This document shows positions 1 through 8,311 of a DNA stretch of 27,167 nucleotides, piece after piece (within the stretch, counting starts at the first letter, position 1; every line of letters starts with the position of its first letter). Source of the DNA: a virus (Duplodnaviria > Caudoviricetes); the IMG/VR virus record IMGVR_UViG_3300027845_000190, positions 1 to 27,167 of that record; one strand, 5' to 3'. The notes under the pieces were generated by a model. It saw only the letters and a program-made list of their open reading frames with translations, made no database searches and was not told where the DNA came from. Position numbers and translations under genes: made by a program.

Positions 1-192
1 AAGGACACCGCCTCGCAGGCGTATGCGTCGGATGCAGGGTCGGGTGGGGACATGTATCTGGGCGGCAATCCGTTGATCCCGAAGCCGCTGTCTCAGTCGG
101 AGATTACTCGTGTCACTGTGGTAGTGTCTCGCCTCACAGACAAAGAAGTTTCTGACATTTCTAATCAGTGGGCTGCAAAGGGCACCATCTAA
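1..192 (+). CDS. 3' end of a truncated gene; possible LamG/ConA-like C-terminal domain of a tail fibre or receptor-binding protein
   Basis: Not in the ORF track. Frame 1 is open from base 1 to TAA at 190-192 (..MYLGGNPLIPKPLSQSEITRVTVVVSRLTDKEVSDISNQWAAKGTI), and the stop overlaps the next ATG (TAATG). The pattern 'LGG...EI..V.V...LT..EV' loosely resembles the end of LamG-like domains; the function call is weak. Confidence 0.55.
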   Translation, partial: KDTASQAYASDAGSGGDMYLGGNPLIPKPLSQSEITRVTVVVSRLTDKEVSDISNQWAAKGTI

Positions 193-683
193 TGGCTAAA
201 GTTACCTTAACTTGGGCTGAGTATGACGGCCTTTCCGACGCACGCAAGGAGGAGTTGCATCTTTGCGGCACCATTATTCTTGGCACGCCCACCCGCCAAT
301 ACGCCGCTTATGATGCCGAAGGGTTACCTATAGGCGACCCGGAGACTGTTTTCTGGAATCATCCTCTGATTCCGCAGGATGACGAGGCTGTTTATCACGC
401 TGTCAAGGACGATAAAACAGCGCTTAAACTTAAGAACCGTCCCGTAGACCCGGGACAGGCCCCCACAGACAAGTCAAATCCCGGCCTTGACCGGGAAGGT
501 AATCAGATAAAGCGCAGCAGGGCGGACATACGCTATGCTGTGGGAGTAAAGCACGCAGCGCGAGTTAATGCCTATAAAGAGGCGGTAGCCGCACTTGACC
601 CAGACGACCCAGATTTTGAGCAAAAGCGTCAAGCAGAGGCACTCAAAAAGCGCACAATTGCCAAAAAGGCAGCAAGCAGGTAA
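192..683 (+). CDS. Hypothetical protein with a basic C-terminus
   Basis: ORF-track 168..683. The true start is more likely ATG 192 (TAATG coupling to the upstream gene). No recognisable motif. Confidence 0.7.
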   Translation: MAKVTLTWAEYDGLSDARKEELHLCGTIILGTPTRQYAAYDAEGLPIGDPETVFWNHPLIPQDDEAVYHAVKDDKTALKLKNRPVDPGQAPTDKSNPGLDREGNQIKRSRADIRYAVGVKHAARVNAYKEAVAALDPDDPDFEQKRQAEALKKRTIAKKAASR

Positions 684-686
684 CAT
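658..686 (+). promoter_or_regulatory. Sigma70/SigA-type promoter for a leaderless transcript
   Basis: TTGCCA (658-663), 17 nt, TAACAT (681-686), 6 nt, then ATG 693; no SD in front of the ATG. Confidence 0.6.
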
Positions 687-692
687 TTAATT

Positions 693-968
693 ATGGCAAT
701 CAAGTCAGAGGCAGAAGCCCTCTCTACAAGCAGCGAGCTGTTGACTACCGCTACAAACGGTCACTCAGACGCACCTACGGGGCTTATCATTTGGAATGAT
801 GATGCTTCTATTACCGTGTATGTGGGCGGCTCTGATGTGTCCACGGCGAACGGTATGCCGATCCTGGCTCAGACATATCTGTCTATGGACCTTATGGCAG
901 GGGACGAGGTTTACATGATTGCGGCATCTGGCACCCCAAGCGTACGGTTCCTTTACACGAGGGTTTAA
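693..968 (+). CDS. Small beta-rich protein, probably virion-associated
   Basis: 91 aa, S/T/A/G-rich beta-strand pattern ('ITVYVGGSDVSTANG'); its stop abuts the terminase ATG. Confidence 0.7.
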   Translation: MAIKSEAEALSTSSELLTTATNGHSDAPTGLIIWNDDASITVYVGGSDVSTANGMPILAQTYLSMDLMAGDEVYMIAASGTPSVRFLYTRV

Positions 969-2702
969 ATGTCAGGGTTTGAGCACCTGACGCCTGAGGA
1001 GCGGCAGCTTTACAAGGAGAAGAAGGAGCAGCAGCTTGCTCTGATGACTCCGATGGAGTACGGCGCTTACACGTCCGGTATGCAGAGGTTTGACCACGTT
1101 GTGTATGTGGATAATCTTCTGATGGCGGCTATGGGTGGGCGTCTTTACAAGTCGGGTATCTCGGATCGGGCTATCTTTGTTCCTGATGAGATGTTTCCAG
1201 ATGACCCTGAGGAGGGTCAGTGGGTGCATCCTGTTACGGGTGAGCCAGCTCTGTTCAAGATTGCGCTCAGTGAGCCTCCCCGTCACGGTAAGAGTTTCCA
1301 CGTTTCGGAGCATTTCCCTGCGTGGTTTCTTTCTAATTTCCCGAATTTGAATGTGATTCTTGCTTCTTACGAGGCGGACTTTGCTGCTTCGTGGGGGGCT
1401 AAGGCGCGAGATCACATTATTGATCACCCTGAGTTGGGTGTGTTTATCAATCAGAGCGCCAAGTCCAATAAGCATTGGAAGATCAAGGGCGGCACGGGTG
1501 AGATGAAGTGTGCCGGTGCTGGCGGTGCTATTACCGGTATGGGTTGGCATCTGGGCGTGATTGATGACCTTATCAAGAACTCTGAGGAGGCCATGTCGGA
1601 GGTTGTCCGTGAGGGCAACGTTCACTGGTATCTGACCACGTGGAAAACTAGGCGGGAGCCGCACCCTGCCCGTTTGCGGATGTTGTTCCCTGATGCGAAC
1701 TATCCTGATGTTTTCTGTATTGAGTTGTCTATGTCTACCCGTTGGCATCAGGGCGATTTGAATGGGTGGCTTAAAGAGAATGAGGATTCCGAATGGTATT
1801 TCGTGAACATGCCAGCAATAGCGTTCGAGGACGAGCAGTCACCGGACTACGGCGACCCAGGGCGATGCGTGCTAGGTCGTTCTCCGGGGGACGCTCTATG
1901 TCCAGCGAGGTACAACCGGACAGCCCTGAACAACTTGCGCACTTCCGGCGAGGGGTTGTTTTGGTTCAACGCCCTGTATCAAGGGGTACCCCGAGTAGAG
2001 GAGGGCGGAATCATCTCGAAGCCCTTCCACTATTTCCAGATAACTATAGGCCCGTCCAACCAAGAGGAGTATCACCTAGACATAGGTGAGATTGTTCCTG
2101 TGTGGAAGTGCTTCCGGTTTGCCACGGTTGACCTTGCTGCGACGTTGAAAGAGTCCAGTGACTACACGGTCATGGCAATCTGGGATGTCACTCCTGCCCC
2201 GAACCGTAAACTTATCTTGCGGGCTATGTTCCGCAGGAAGATGGAGTCTGCGGACCATGAGGCTCTGATTTCTCAATGGAATCATGAGTTTCAACCTAAG
2301 TATGTGGGTATCGAGGACCGCACGTTCGGGACCACGCTGATCCAACACCTCCGTAGGCGTGGCGACGTGAATGTGCGTCCGTTGCCTGCGGATACTGACA
2401 AAGTAACCAGGGCTCTGCCGTTCGGTTATTTGGTGTTGTCGGGGGGTGTTTTCTTCCCTAAGGACGCCCCGTGGCTTGAGGCATTTGAGAATGAGTTGGT
2501 GGATTTCCCCAACACTACTCATGATGACCAGGTCGATGTTTGTGCTTATGCGGCTATTGAATTTGAGAAGATTCCTAAGCGTGTTCGTTATGAGAATGAG
2601 ATTCCTGTGACTGCTGAGGAGAAGGTGCAGGAATACGTTAATAAACGAATACGCGAAAAAGGGCGTCGTCGTGTAAGATCAAAGCGTAAGATATTTAACT
2701 GA
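969..2702 (+). CDS. terL: Terminase large subunit
   Basis: Walker A EPPRHGKS, Walker B GVIDDLIKN, coupling motif STRWHQGDL, RNase H-like nuclease motifs TVDLAA / SDYTV / HDDQVD; lies upstream of the portal. Confidence 0.95.
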   Translation: MSGFEHLTPEERQLYKEKKEQQLALMTPMEYGAYTSGMQRFDHVVYVDNLLMAAMGGRLYKSGISDRAIFVPDEMFPDDPEEGQWVHPVTGEPALFKIALSEPPRHGKSFHVSEHFPAWFLSNFPNLNVILASYEADFAASWGAKARDHIIDHPELGVFINQSAKSNKHWKIKGGTGEMKCAGAGGAITGMGWHLGVIDDLIKNSEEAMSEVVREGNVHWYLTTWKTRREPHPARLRMLFPDANYPDVFCIELSMSTRWHQGDLNGWLKENEDSEWYFVNMPAIAFEDEQSPDYGDPGRCVLGRSPGDALCPARYNRTALNNLRTSGEGLFWFNALYQGVPRVEEGGIISKPFHYFQITIGPSNQEEYHLDIGEIVPVWKCFRFATVDLAATLKESSDYTVMAIWDVTPAPNRKLILRAMFRRKMESADHEALISQWNHEFQPKYVGIEDRTFGTTLIQHLRRRGDVNVRPLPADTDKVTRALPFGYLVLSGGVFFPKDAPWLEAFENELVDFPNTTHDDQVDVCAYAAIEFEKIPKRVRYENEIPVTAEEKVQEYVNKRIREKGRRRVRSKRKIFN

Positions 2703-2711
2703 GGATGACAG

Positions 2712-3203
2712 ATGATTAGAGAAATTGACGCCTACACAATGTATGCAATCGGTTCCGGTTGTTTTATGAATGGTGACAGGCAGCAAAAGGTTCGTGATCC
2801 TCTGACGGGTGAGCGCCGTAGTGAGAGGGTGTTCACGACTGACCGTGAAATTGAGATTGAAGATATCGGGATTGTTGAGTTCGGTGAAAGGGCTGCTGCT
2901 GAGATTGCTGATCAGCTTGGTTGGGTGGCTCCACAGACTCATGCTGCTCTTGTTAGAGAGATGACGACTATTGAGCGTGAGCGCGATGATCTTGTTTCTA
3001 AGATCGCATCGTATGAGCAGGCGAGTAACACCAATGTGATCCAGGCTGCTGAGGCTATTACCGAGGCGGAGCGCCTTCGGGACGAGAATGAGAAGCTGTC
3101 GGCTGATCTTCGCAGTACCCGTGGCACGTTGGGCGCTATGACTAAGAACAACAATCAGCTTCAGGCGAAGCTGGATAATGTGACCAGTTTCGGCGATGAC
3201 TAA
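2712..3203 (+). CDS. Hypothetical protein with a C-terminal coiled coil
   Basis: GAGGA SD upstream; heptad-like E/A/L/R-rich C-terminal half. Confidence 0.75.
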   Translation: MIREIDAYTMYAIGSGCFMNGDRQQKVRDPLTGERRSERVFTTDREIEIEDIGIVEFGERAAAEIADQLGWVAPQTHAALVREMTTIERERDDLVSKIASYEQASNTNVIQAAEAITEAERLRDENEKLSADLRSTRGTLGAMTKNNNQLQAKLDNVTSFGDD

Positions 3204-3333
3204 ACACGATAAGATCGACCTCTGGATTGCCAGGGAGTACGGAAGATCACCTCGTTGTGGCTGTGGACCTGAGAATACAGGCAAAGTTTCAACTAGCTGT
3301 TTCTGTGATTGCCACCGTCGGGGGCATGGGTGA
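3196..3333 (+). CDS. Small Cys/His-rich protein (45 aa), possibly metal-binding
   Basis: Below the ORF-track cutoff: MTKHDKIDLWIAREYGRSPRCGCGPENTGKVSTSCFCDCHRRGHG. ATGACTAA overlap with the upstream stop and GTGA overlap with the next ORF. Confidence 0.65.
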   Translation: MTKHDKIDLWIAREYGRSPRCGCGPENTGKVSTSCFCDCHRRGHG

Positions 3334-3476
3334 CTAATTTCCTTTTGGCGCTTATTGCCTTTAGCAACACCGTTGTCACAGCAGGGTTTACTTATTTTGT
3401 GTATTCTGTGGCATATAAGAGGTCGGTAAAGAAGCCGCCTCGTAATCTACCTGCCGGTCGTAATGGCCGTCCGTGA
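3330..3476 (+). CDS. Small single-pass membrane protein (48 aa)
   Basis: GTG start overlapping the upstream TGA; MTNFLLALIAFSNTVVTAGFTYFVYSVAYKRSVKKPPRNLPAGRNGRP is a hydrophobic segment plus a basic tail. Confidence 0.6.
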   Translation: MTNFLLALIAFSNTVVTAGFTYFVYSVAYKRSVKKPPRNLPAGRNGRP

Positions 3477-3483
3477 TAAGATA
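3473..3483 (+). promoter_or_regulatory. Extended -10-like motif GTGATAAGATA before the portal gene
   Basis: TGn-TAAGAT 8 nt before ATG 3491, no SD; the same motif recurs at 9516 and 12280. Confidence 0.55.
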
Positions 3484-3490
3484 AATCTCT

Positions 3491-5533
3491 ATGGCAAGTA
3501 ATGACGCAGATAGGGTGAAAGCCAAACTCAAAGATGAGTTTGGTGCTTTGTTCATCCTGAACCGATATGAAGATGGGATCAAGGCCACTCAGAACCTTAT
3601 TTCTGATTTCTGGCTTAATCACAGCTTCCTTCTCGGATATCAGTGGACTTACGTGGAAGCGGACAGCGGTGTTGTTCGTGACGTTGCCAATGATGATGAC
3701 CGTGAGCAGGTTGTCATTAACCGTATGTGGCCTAACAGCCGTATCCTTGTGGGTAAGCTTACTCAGCGGGAAATGACGTTTGAGAACCTTCCCACCGCAG
3801 CAGATGACGGTTCTGTTAGGGGCGCACGTATCGGTGAGTCGATTATTCGTGCCACCAAGGAAGCACACGATTGGGAGGGGCTTCGTGAGAAAGCTGCGTG
3901 GGCTACTTGGAAGGGCGGCACTGCTGCTATTTCTGTGGATTGGGACCCTGAGGCTGGGCACGTCACCGTTGGGCCTACAGACACTACGAAGGAGATACGC
4001 GGTGGAGACACCGTGGAACAAGTTCTCACTATCTCCGAGTTTGTTATCGAGCCGGGTGTGCGTGACGGTGAAACGGCCCGATGGTGGATCAAGGCTGAAG
4101 CACTACCGCCCGAGGTTGTCCAGAGCATCTATGAGTTAGAGGAAGCTCCTGGTGCTGATATGTTGGCTGGCACGTCCGGTATCCAGAGGCGTCTAGTCTC
4201 GTCAACTGGACTTGCTACCCGTACCTCCTCTGGGGCAGATGGGGACAATCTCACTTTGGTTTTGACCTACTATGAGCGTCCTAATCATCTTGCTCCAGAG
4301 GGGCGTATCTCTGTTGTCGTCGATAATCAGATTGTGCAGGGCGAGAACCCTGAGATTGGTGAGACGATGCCGTGGCCGTTCCCCTGGGACGACCATCTGA
4401 ATATCGCTATCATCCGTGAAACGGTGATGGAGACTGAGTGGGCTGGTAGGACTATTCTCAGTATGGCCCGAGGCGTGCAGTCGGCGTTCAATGCTGCGTG
4501 GTCCAACCTTCTTGAGCATATGAAGCTCGCTGGTAATGCGAGGCTTGCTGTTCCTGAGTCATCTATTGATGCCATTGATGAATTTACGGACCTACCGGGT
4601 GAGATCGTTCCGTTTCCTGACGGGTCTACCCCTCCTTTCTACCTTCAGCCAGCGCAGCTTCCTGCGTGGTTGATTGACACCCCTGTGAACCTTGCAATGC
4701 AGATGGATGACATCATGGGTGTGCAGGATATTAACCGTGGCCAGGCACCGGCCAACGTCGAGTCCGGGTTTGCGGTCAGTATTATCGCTGAGCAGTCTGA
4801 AACGCCTGTGGGCCGACTCTCCAAGGAGATCGCCAAGGCATTTAGTAAGACTGCGTCTATGTGTTTGCAGCTCTTTGAAGCGGAGGTTACATCCACACGT
4901 AAAACTGTTGTAGCTGAAGATGGGCAACCTCCTTCCACCACATCGTGGTCCGGTAAGGATTTGCTCGGCCAAACCGCTATCAAGGTTCCGCTAGATTCGG
5001 TGGTTCCGCGCAATAGAGCCGCACAGTTGCAGTTGGCTAAAGACCTGCAAGCAGGTGGACTTATCACGACGTTGGATGAGTTCATTACTGTTGCAGAGTT
5101 GGCTGACGGGGACTCCATTCTTGAGAAGGTTGATCCTGACACGGCGAGAGCACGCCGCGAAAATCATGCCTTCCGGGCCGGGAAGGGGGCGTTTGTAGAG
5201 AGTTTTGACAACCATGAAACGCACCTTAGAGAGCATAATATTTTGAGAAAGTCGCAAGCTTGGGAGCAGATGACTTCCAAGGAGCGCGAAGCCCTTGATA
5301 CACATATGGAAGGGCATGAAGTGTCTGCCGCTGAAGAGGCTGGCAAGATGCAGAACTCTCTTGCTGTGGGCGGTGCCGGTCTTGCCGGTGCTCCGACAGC
5401 AGATGAAATTCCATTGCCGCCAGAGCTGGCGGGAATGGATCAATTGGGTGAAAGTCTGCCGCCTGATTTCAGCGGAGGACAAACACCACCGTCAGGTGAT
5501 AATATTCCTGATGTCCAACTACCACCGATTTAA
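3491..5533 (+). CDS. Portal protein
   Basis: 680 aa between terminase and scaffold/capsid; podovirus-type portal size and features (INRMWP, WPFP, 'DIMGVQDINRGQAP..VESG.A', 'DNHETHLREH', Pro-rich C-terminus). Confidence 0.85.
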   Translation: MASNDADRVKAKLKDEFGALFILNRYEDGIKATQNLISDFWLNHSFLLGYQWTYVEADSGVVRDVANDDDREQVVINRMWPNSRILVGKLTQREMTFENLPTAADDGSVRGARIGESIIRATKEAHDWEGLREKAAWATWKGGTAAISVDWDPEAGHVTVGPTDTTKEIRGGDTVEQVLTISEFVIEPGVRDGETARWWIKAEALPPEVVQSIYELEEAPGADMLAGTSGIQRRLVSSTGLATRTSSGADGDNLTLVLTYYERPNHLAPEGRISVVVDNQIVQGENPEIGETMPWPFPWDDHLNIAIIRETVMETEWAGRTILSMARGVQSAFNAAWSNLLEHMKLAGNARLAVPESSIDAIDEFTDLPGEIVPFPDGSTPPFYLQPAQLPAWLIDTPVNLAMQMDDIMGVQDINRGQAPANVESGFAVSIIAEQSETPVGRLSKEIAKAFSKTASMCLQLFEAEVTSTRKTVVAEDGQPPSTTSWSGKDLLGQTAIKVPLDSVVPRNRAAQLQLAKDLQAGGLITTLDEFITVAELADGDSILEKVDPDTARARRENHAFRAGKGAFVESFDNHETHLREHNILRKSQAWEQMTSKEREALDTHMEGHEVSAAEEAGKMQNSLAVGGAGLAGAPTADEIPLPPELAGMDQLGESLPPDFSGGQTPPSGDNIPDVQLPPI

Positions 5534-5557
5534 TAGCACCGCACACAGGAGAACTTT

Positions 5558-6322
5558 GTGTCTGAAGAGCAAGTTGTAGAAGAGCAGGCGTCAACGCCCG
5601 CAGAGCCCGAAGGGCTGCCACCGCTAACTGATTTGCCTGACGTTGTTCAGGCACATATCAAGGAATTGCGGGACGAGGCAGCGTCTAACCGTGTTGCTGC
5701 CAAGGAATACAAGGACTCATTCCGTAATTACACGGATGATGAGAAGCAATACATGCTGCAATTGGCACGCATGACCACTGGTTCCGCTGAGGACCAGGCC
5801 AAGGCTGCGGCGGAGTATGTCCGGTTGGCGAACGTACTCGGCCACGAAGGCGACGAGATTAAGCCCGATCCACGTCCTGCTGCTAAGGATGTTGAGGATG
5901 ATGGAGATACTGTGGCTAACCCTGGCTTGAGTGATGAAGAGGTTGAGGAGCGGATCAATAAGCGGATCGGCGAATTTGACCGTAAGCAGCAGATGGCTTC
6001 TGCGGTTGCTCAGGTCAAGCGGGACGCTACTGAGTTGGGCTATGAGGTCGATTCTACGGAGTACGACTATTTGCTGACAGTTGCCCGTAAGAGCACGAAC
6101 GGTGATATCAAGGCCGCTCATGCTGAGATTGAGAGCCAGAGGCAGGCTGCGATTGATGCTTTTGTTGCTGAGCAGCAGACTAAGGGTGTGCGTTTCCCTA
6201 CCCAGTCTCGTCAGTCCGCAGCGCCTCCGAATGACGGAACTCCCCCTGATTGGGTGGGAGACGACAAGAAAACCTCTGCGGCTGTTGCTGAGTGGCTTGA
6301 CGCTCAAGCCGGTGACAGCTAA
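5558..6322 (+). CDS. Capsid scaffolding protein
   Basis: Acidic and helical, with 'IKELRDEAASNRV' typical of phage scaffolds; lies between portal and capsid; AGGAG SD and GTG start. Confidence 0.8.
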   Translation: MSEEQVVEEQASTPAEPEGLPPLTDLPDVVQAHIKELRDEAASNRVAAKEYKDSFRNYTDDEKQYMLQLARMTTGSAEDQAKAAAEYVRLANVLGHEGDEIKPDPRPAAKDVEDDGDTVANPGLSDEEVEERINKRIGEFDRKQQMASAVAQVKRDATELGYEVDSTEYDYLLTVARKSTNGDIKAAHAEIESQRQAAIDAFVAEQQTKGVRFPTQSRQSAAPPNDGTPPDWVGDDKKTSAAVAEWLDAQAGDS

Positions 6323-6448
6323 GGTTACATACAGGACTTGATGTCCGTGATGCCAGGCCTGGTGCCAACGGCAGCCTTTAATGACTTTTAGGGTTGATCC
6401 CGCCGCAAACCACACGCCTATCCCGCCCCTTGGAGGGGGCTTAGCATC
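6323..6448 (+). promoter_or_regulatory. Structured leader of the major capsid gene with an SD-occluding hairpin
   Basis: GCCCCT-tgga-GGGGGC (6425-6440) contains the SD; a palindrome CCAGGCCTGG and further short stems lie upstream. Confidence 0.45.
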
Positions 6449-7678
6449 ATGGCACAGACTACCACCAATGCTGATGCGGCTCTGAAGGAGTTTTATCTCC
6501 CGACGATGCGCAGTCAGCTCAACAACGCATTCGATTTCCTCAATGCCGTCGGTCGTAACACCGAGGATATTGAGGGTCGTCGAGCAGTCCTTTCGCTGCA
6601 CATTGGCCGTTCAAGCGGCGTTGGCGCCCGAGCAGAAACCGGAACTCTTCCGACTGCCGGATACCAGCGTACTGCTGAAGAGCGGATCACGGTGTTTCAG
6701 CAAACCGGACGGATTCAGCTCTCGGTTCAGGTCATCAAGGCGATGGCTTCTGACCGTGGCTCGTTCACCCGTGCGGTTGGCTTTGAAACTCGTGGCATTG
6801 TCAATGACGCGAAGTTCGATGTCGGTCGTCAGATTTTCGGTACCTCAGACGGTGTTATTGCTGAGTGTACTTCGGAAACTGGGAACACCATTACGCTCAC
6901 GGCAGCACAGGCAACCGCCACGGTTATGCGTCAGTTCTACGTGAACATGACGGTTGACCTTGGCACTGTGGCAAACCCCACACTCAAGGGTGAGGCGCTT
7001 GTCATTACTGCTGTTTCTGCGGCTACGCCTTCGATCACGGTTACCGGCACCATCTCGGGTGCGGCAGTTACTACGACTGACCGTATCTTCCGTCATGGCG
7101 CAGGTGGCGCTTCGGGTGGTGTGGGTCAGAAGGAAATCACGGGTCTACAGGACATCGTGAATTCAACTGGCACGCTCCATAACGTCAACCCAACGAATGA
7201 CCCTGAGTGGGTTTCGATTGTTGACAGCAACTCGGGCACGAACCGTGCAGCTACCGATAACGTTTTCGAGCAGAACATGGATAACGTGTTCATCGAATCC
7301 GGTGAGGACCCAGACGTTATCTGGACAAGCTTCGGCGTGCAGCGTAACTACGCAGCTCAGCTCAAGACCCAGAAGCGTTTCGATTCACCTCCGACCGTCT
7401 TGGCCGGTGGTTTCGAGGCTCCTTCGATTACAACCCCACGTGGCACGATCGGCTTTATGGTCGATAGGTTCTGTCCTGAGAACACCGCTTTTGTTCTCAA
7501 CACGAATCACCTCATGGAGTTTGTGCTCGATGATTGGGATTTCATGGATGATGATGGCGCAGTGCTTTCACGTGTTAGTGGAACACCAGCGTACGAGGCC
7601 GTCCTGCTTAAATTCCACGAGGTCGCAACCGACAAGCGCAATGCGCATGCGCGGATTGATGACCTCACGGAATCGTAG
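6449..7678 (+). CDS. Major capsid protein (HK97 fold likely, with a central beta-rich insertion)
   Basis: 409 aa after the scaffold, strong SD, followed by a terminator; N-terminal 'ADAALKEFYLP..RSQLNN', 'KEITGL..IV' and C-terminal 'DRFCP...RNAHARI' patterns are typical of phage capsid proteins. Confidence 0.88.
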   Translation: MAQTTTNADAALKEFYLPTMRSQLNNAFDFLNAVGRNTEDIEGRRAVLSLHIGRSSGVGARAETGTLPTAGYQRTAEERITVFQQTGRIQLSVQVIKAMASDRGSFTRAVGFETRGIVNDAKFDVGRQIFGTSDGVIAECTSETGNTITLTAAQATATVMRQFYVNMTVDLGTVANPTLKGEALVITAVSAATPSITVTGTISGAAVTTTDRIFRHGAGGASGGVGQKEITGLQDIVNSTGTLHNVNPTNDPEWVSIVDSNSGTNRAATDNVFEQNMDNVFIESGEDPDVIWTSFGVQRNYAAQLKTQKRFDSPPTVLAGGFEAPSITTPRGTIGFMVDRFCPENTAFVLNTNHLMEFVLDDWDFMDDDGAVLSRVSGTPAYEAVLLKFHEVATDKRNAHARIDDLTES

Positions 7679-7686
7679 GGTCTGAC

Positions 7687-7697
7687 CTGGTAATATA
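7687..7697 (+). promoter_or_regulatory. Variant extended -10 motif CTGGTAATATA between the capsid stop and the terminator
   Basis: TGg-TAATAT; 9/11 identical to GTGGTAAGATA at 9516. Confidence 0.4.
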
Positions 7698-7700
7698 GCC

Positions 7701-7763
7701 TCCTGCGTGCGGTGCAGGACGTAATGAGAAACCCCCTCGGTGCTCCTCCCGAGGGGGTTTTTC
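7701..7763 (+). ncRNA. Candidate small RNA (two hairpins, anti-SD loop)
   Basis: Hairpin TCCTGC-gtgcggt-GCAGGA (7701-7719), then the terminator hairpin with loop TGCTCCTC; preceded by an extended -10-like motif. Expression is inferred only. Confidence 0.35.
7726..7763 (+). terminator. Intrinsic terminator after the major capsid gene
   Basis: AAACCCCCTCGG (7729-7740) / CCGAGGGGGTTT (7749-7760) perfect 12-bp inverted repeat, 8-nt loop, running into a T tract. Confidence 0.85.
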
Positions 7764-7769
7764 GCTGAG

Positions 7770-7798
7770 TTGCAATCTATGAGTCGACCTCATATAAT
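7770..7798 (+). promoter_or_regulatory. Near-consensus sigma70/SigA promoter for a leaderless HNH transcript
   Basis: TTGCAA (7770-7775), 17 nt, TATAAT (7793-7798), 6 nt, then ATG 7805. Confidence 0.75.
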
Positions 7799-7804
7799 AG
7801 GCCT

Positions 7805-8308
7805 ATGGAACAACGAACATGCACTATGTGTAACGAGAGCCTCCCAATTGAGGATTTCAGCATAAATGACAAGAAACGCGGCTACCGCAGGCCGGAATGC
7901 AAGCCCTGCCACTCCCACAAGATAAATCTCCGCCGCAGGCGTAGAGAGGGTGCTGACCCCGAGCTGATAGCGGTTCGTAAGGAATATCATTCTGAGTACT
8001 ACAAGAAGATGCCAGATGATGCACGTGCAAAATGGAGAGAACACAACCGACTTTCGTATCACAAGATGCGTGATGAGATTTATAAGGGATTAGGGAATCA
8101 GTGTGCTCGCTGTGGTAATTCTGATAGGGCTGTGCTCCAGGTTGACCATATTCACGGGGGAGGTGGGAAGGAAAGACTTGATCTCGGGGTAACCAAATCC
8201 TACCGAATTCTACGGGACAGACTCAGGAAGAGAGATCACACTGTTCGGGATGAGTTTCAAATACTTTGCGCCAATTGTCATAACATAAAGACAACCACAC
8301 GGCGCTAA
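7805..8308 (+). CDS. Free-standing HNH endonuclease
   Basis: N-terminal CTMC..ECKPC zinc finger; C-terminal CARC..LQVDHIHGGG..FQILCANCHNIKT beta-beta-alpha-metal motif. Confidence 0.88.
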   Translation: MEQRTCTMCNESLPIEDFSINDKKRGYRRPECKPCHSHKINLRRRRREGADPELIAVRKEYHSEYYKKMPDDARAKWREHNRLSYHKMRDEIYKGLGNQCARCGNSDRAVLQVDHIHGGGGKERLDLGVTKSYRILRDRLRKRDHTVRDEFQILCANCHNIKTTTRR

Positions 8309-8311
8309 CTG

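Noticed and set aside
969-2702. Intein in the terminase
   Set aside because: The insertions are short and lack intein splice-junction motifs.
6341-6391. 16-codon uORF (MSVMPGLVPTAAFNDF) in the capsid leader
   Set aside because: Too short, with only a weak AGGA upstream; indistinguishable from chance.
5558-7678. Scaffold and capsid are in the same frame, suggesting a read-through fusion
   Set aside because: Two stops intervene (TAA 6320-6322 and TAG 6389-6391), and the capsid has its own SD.
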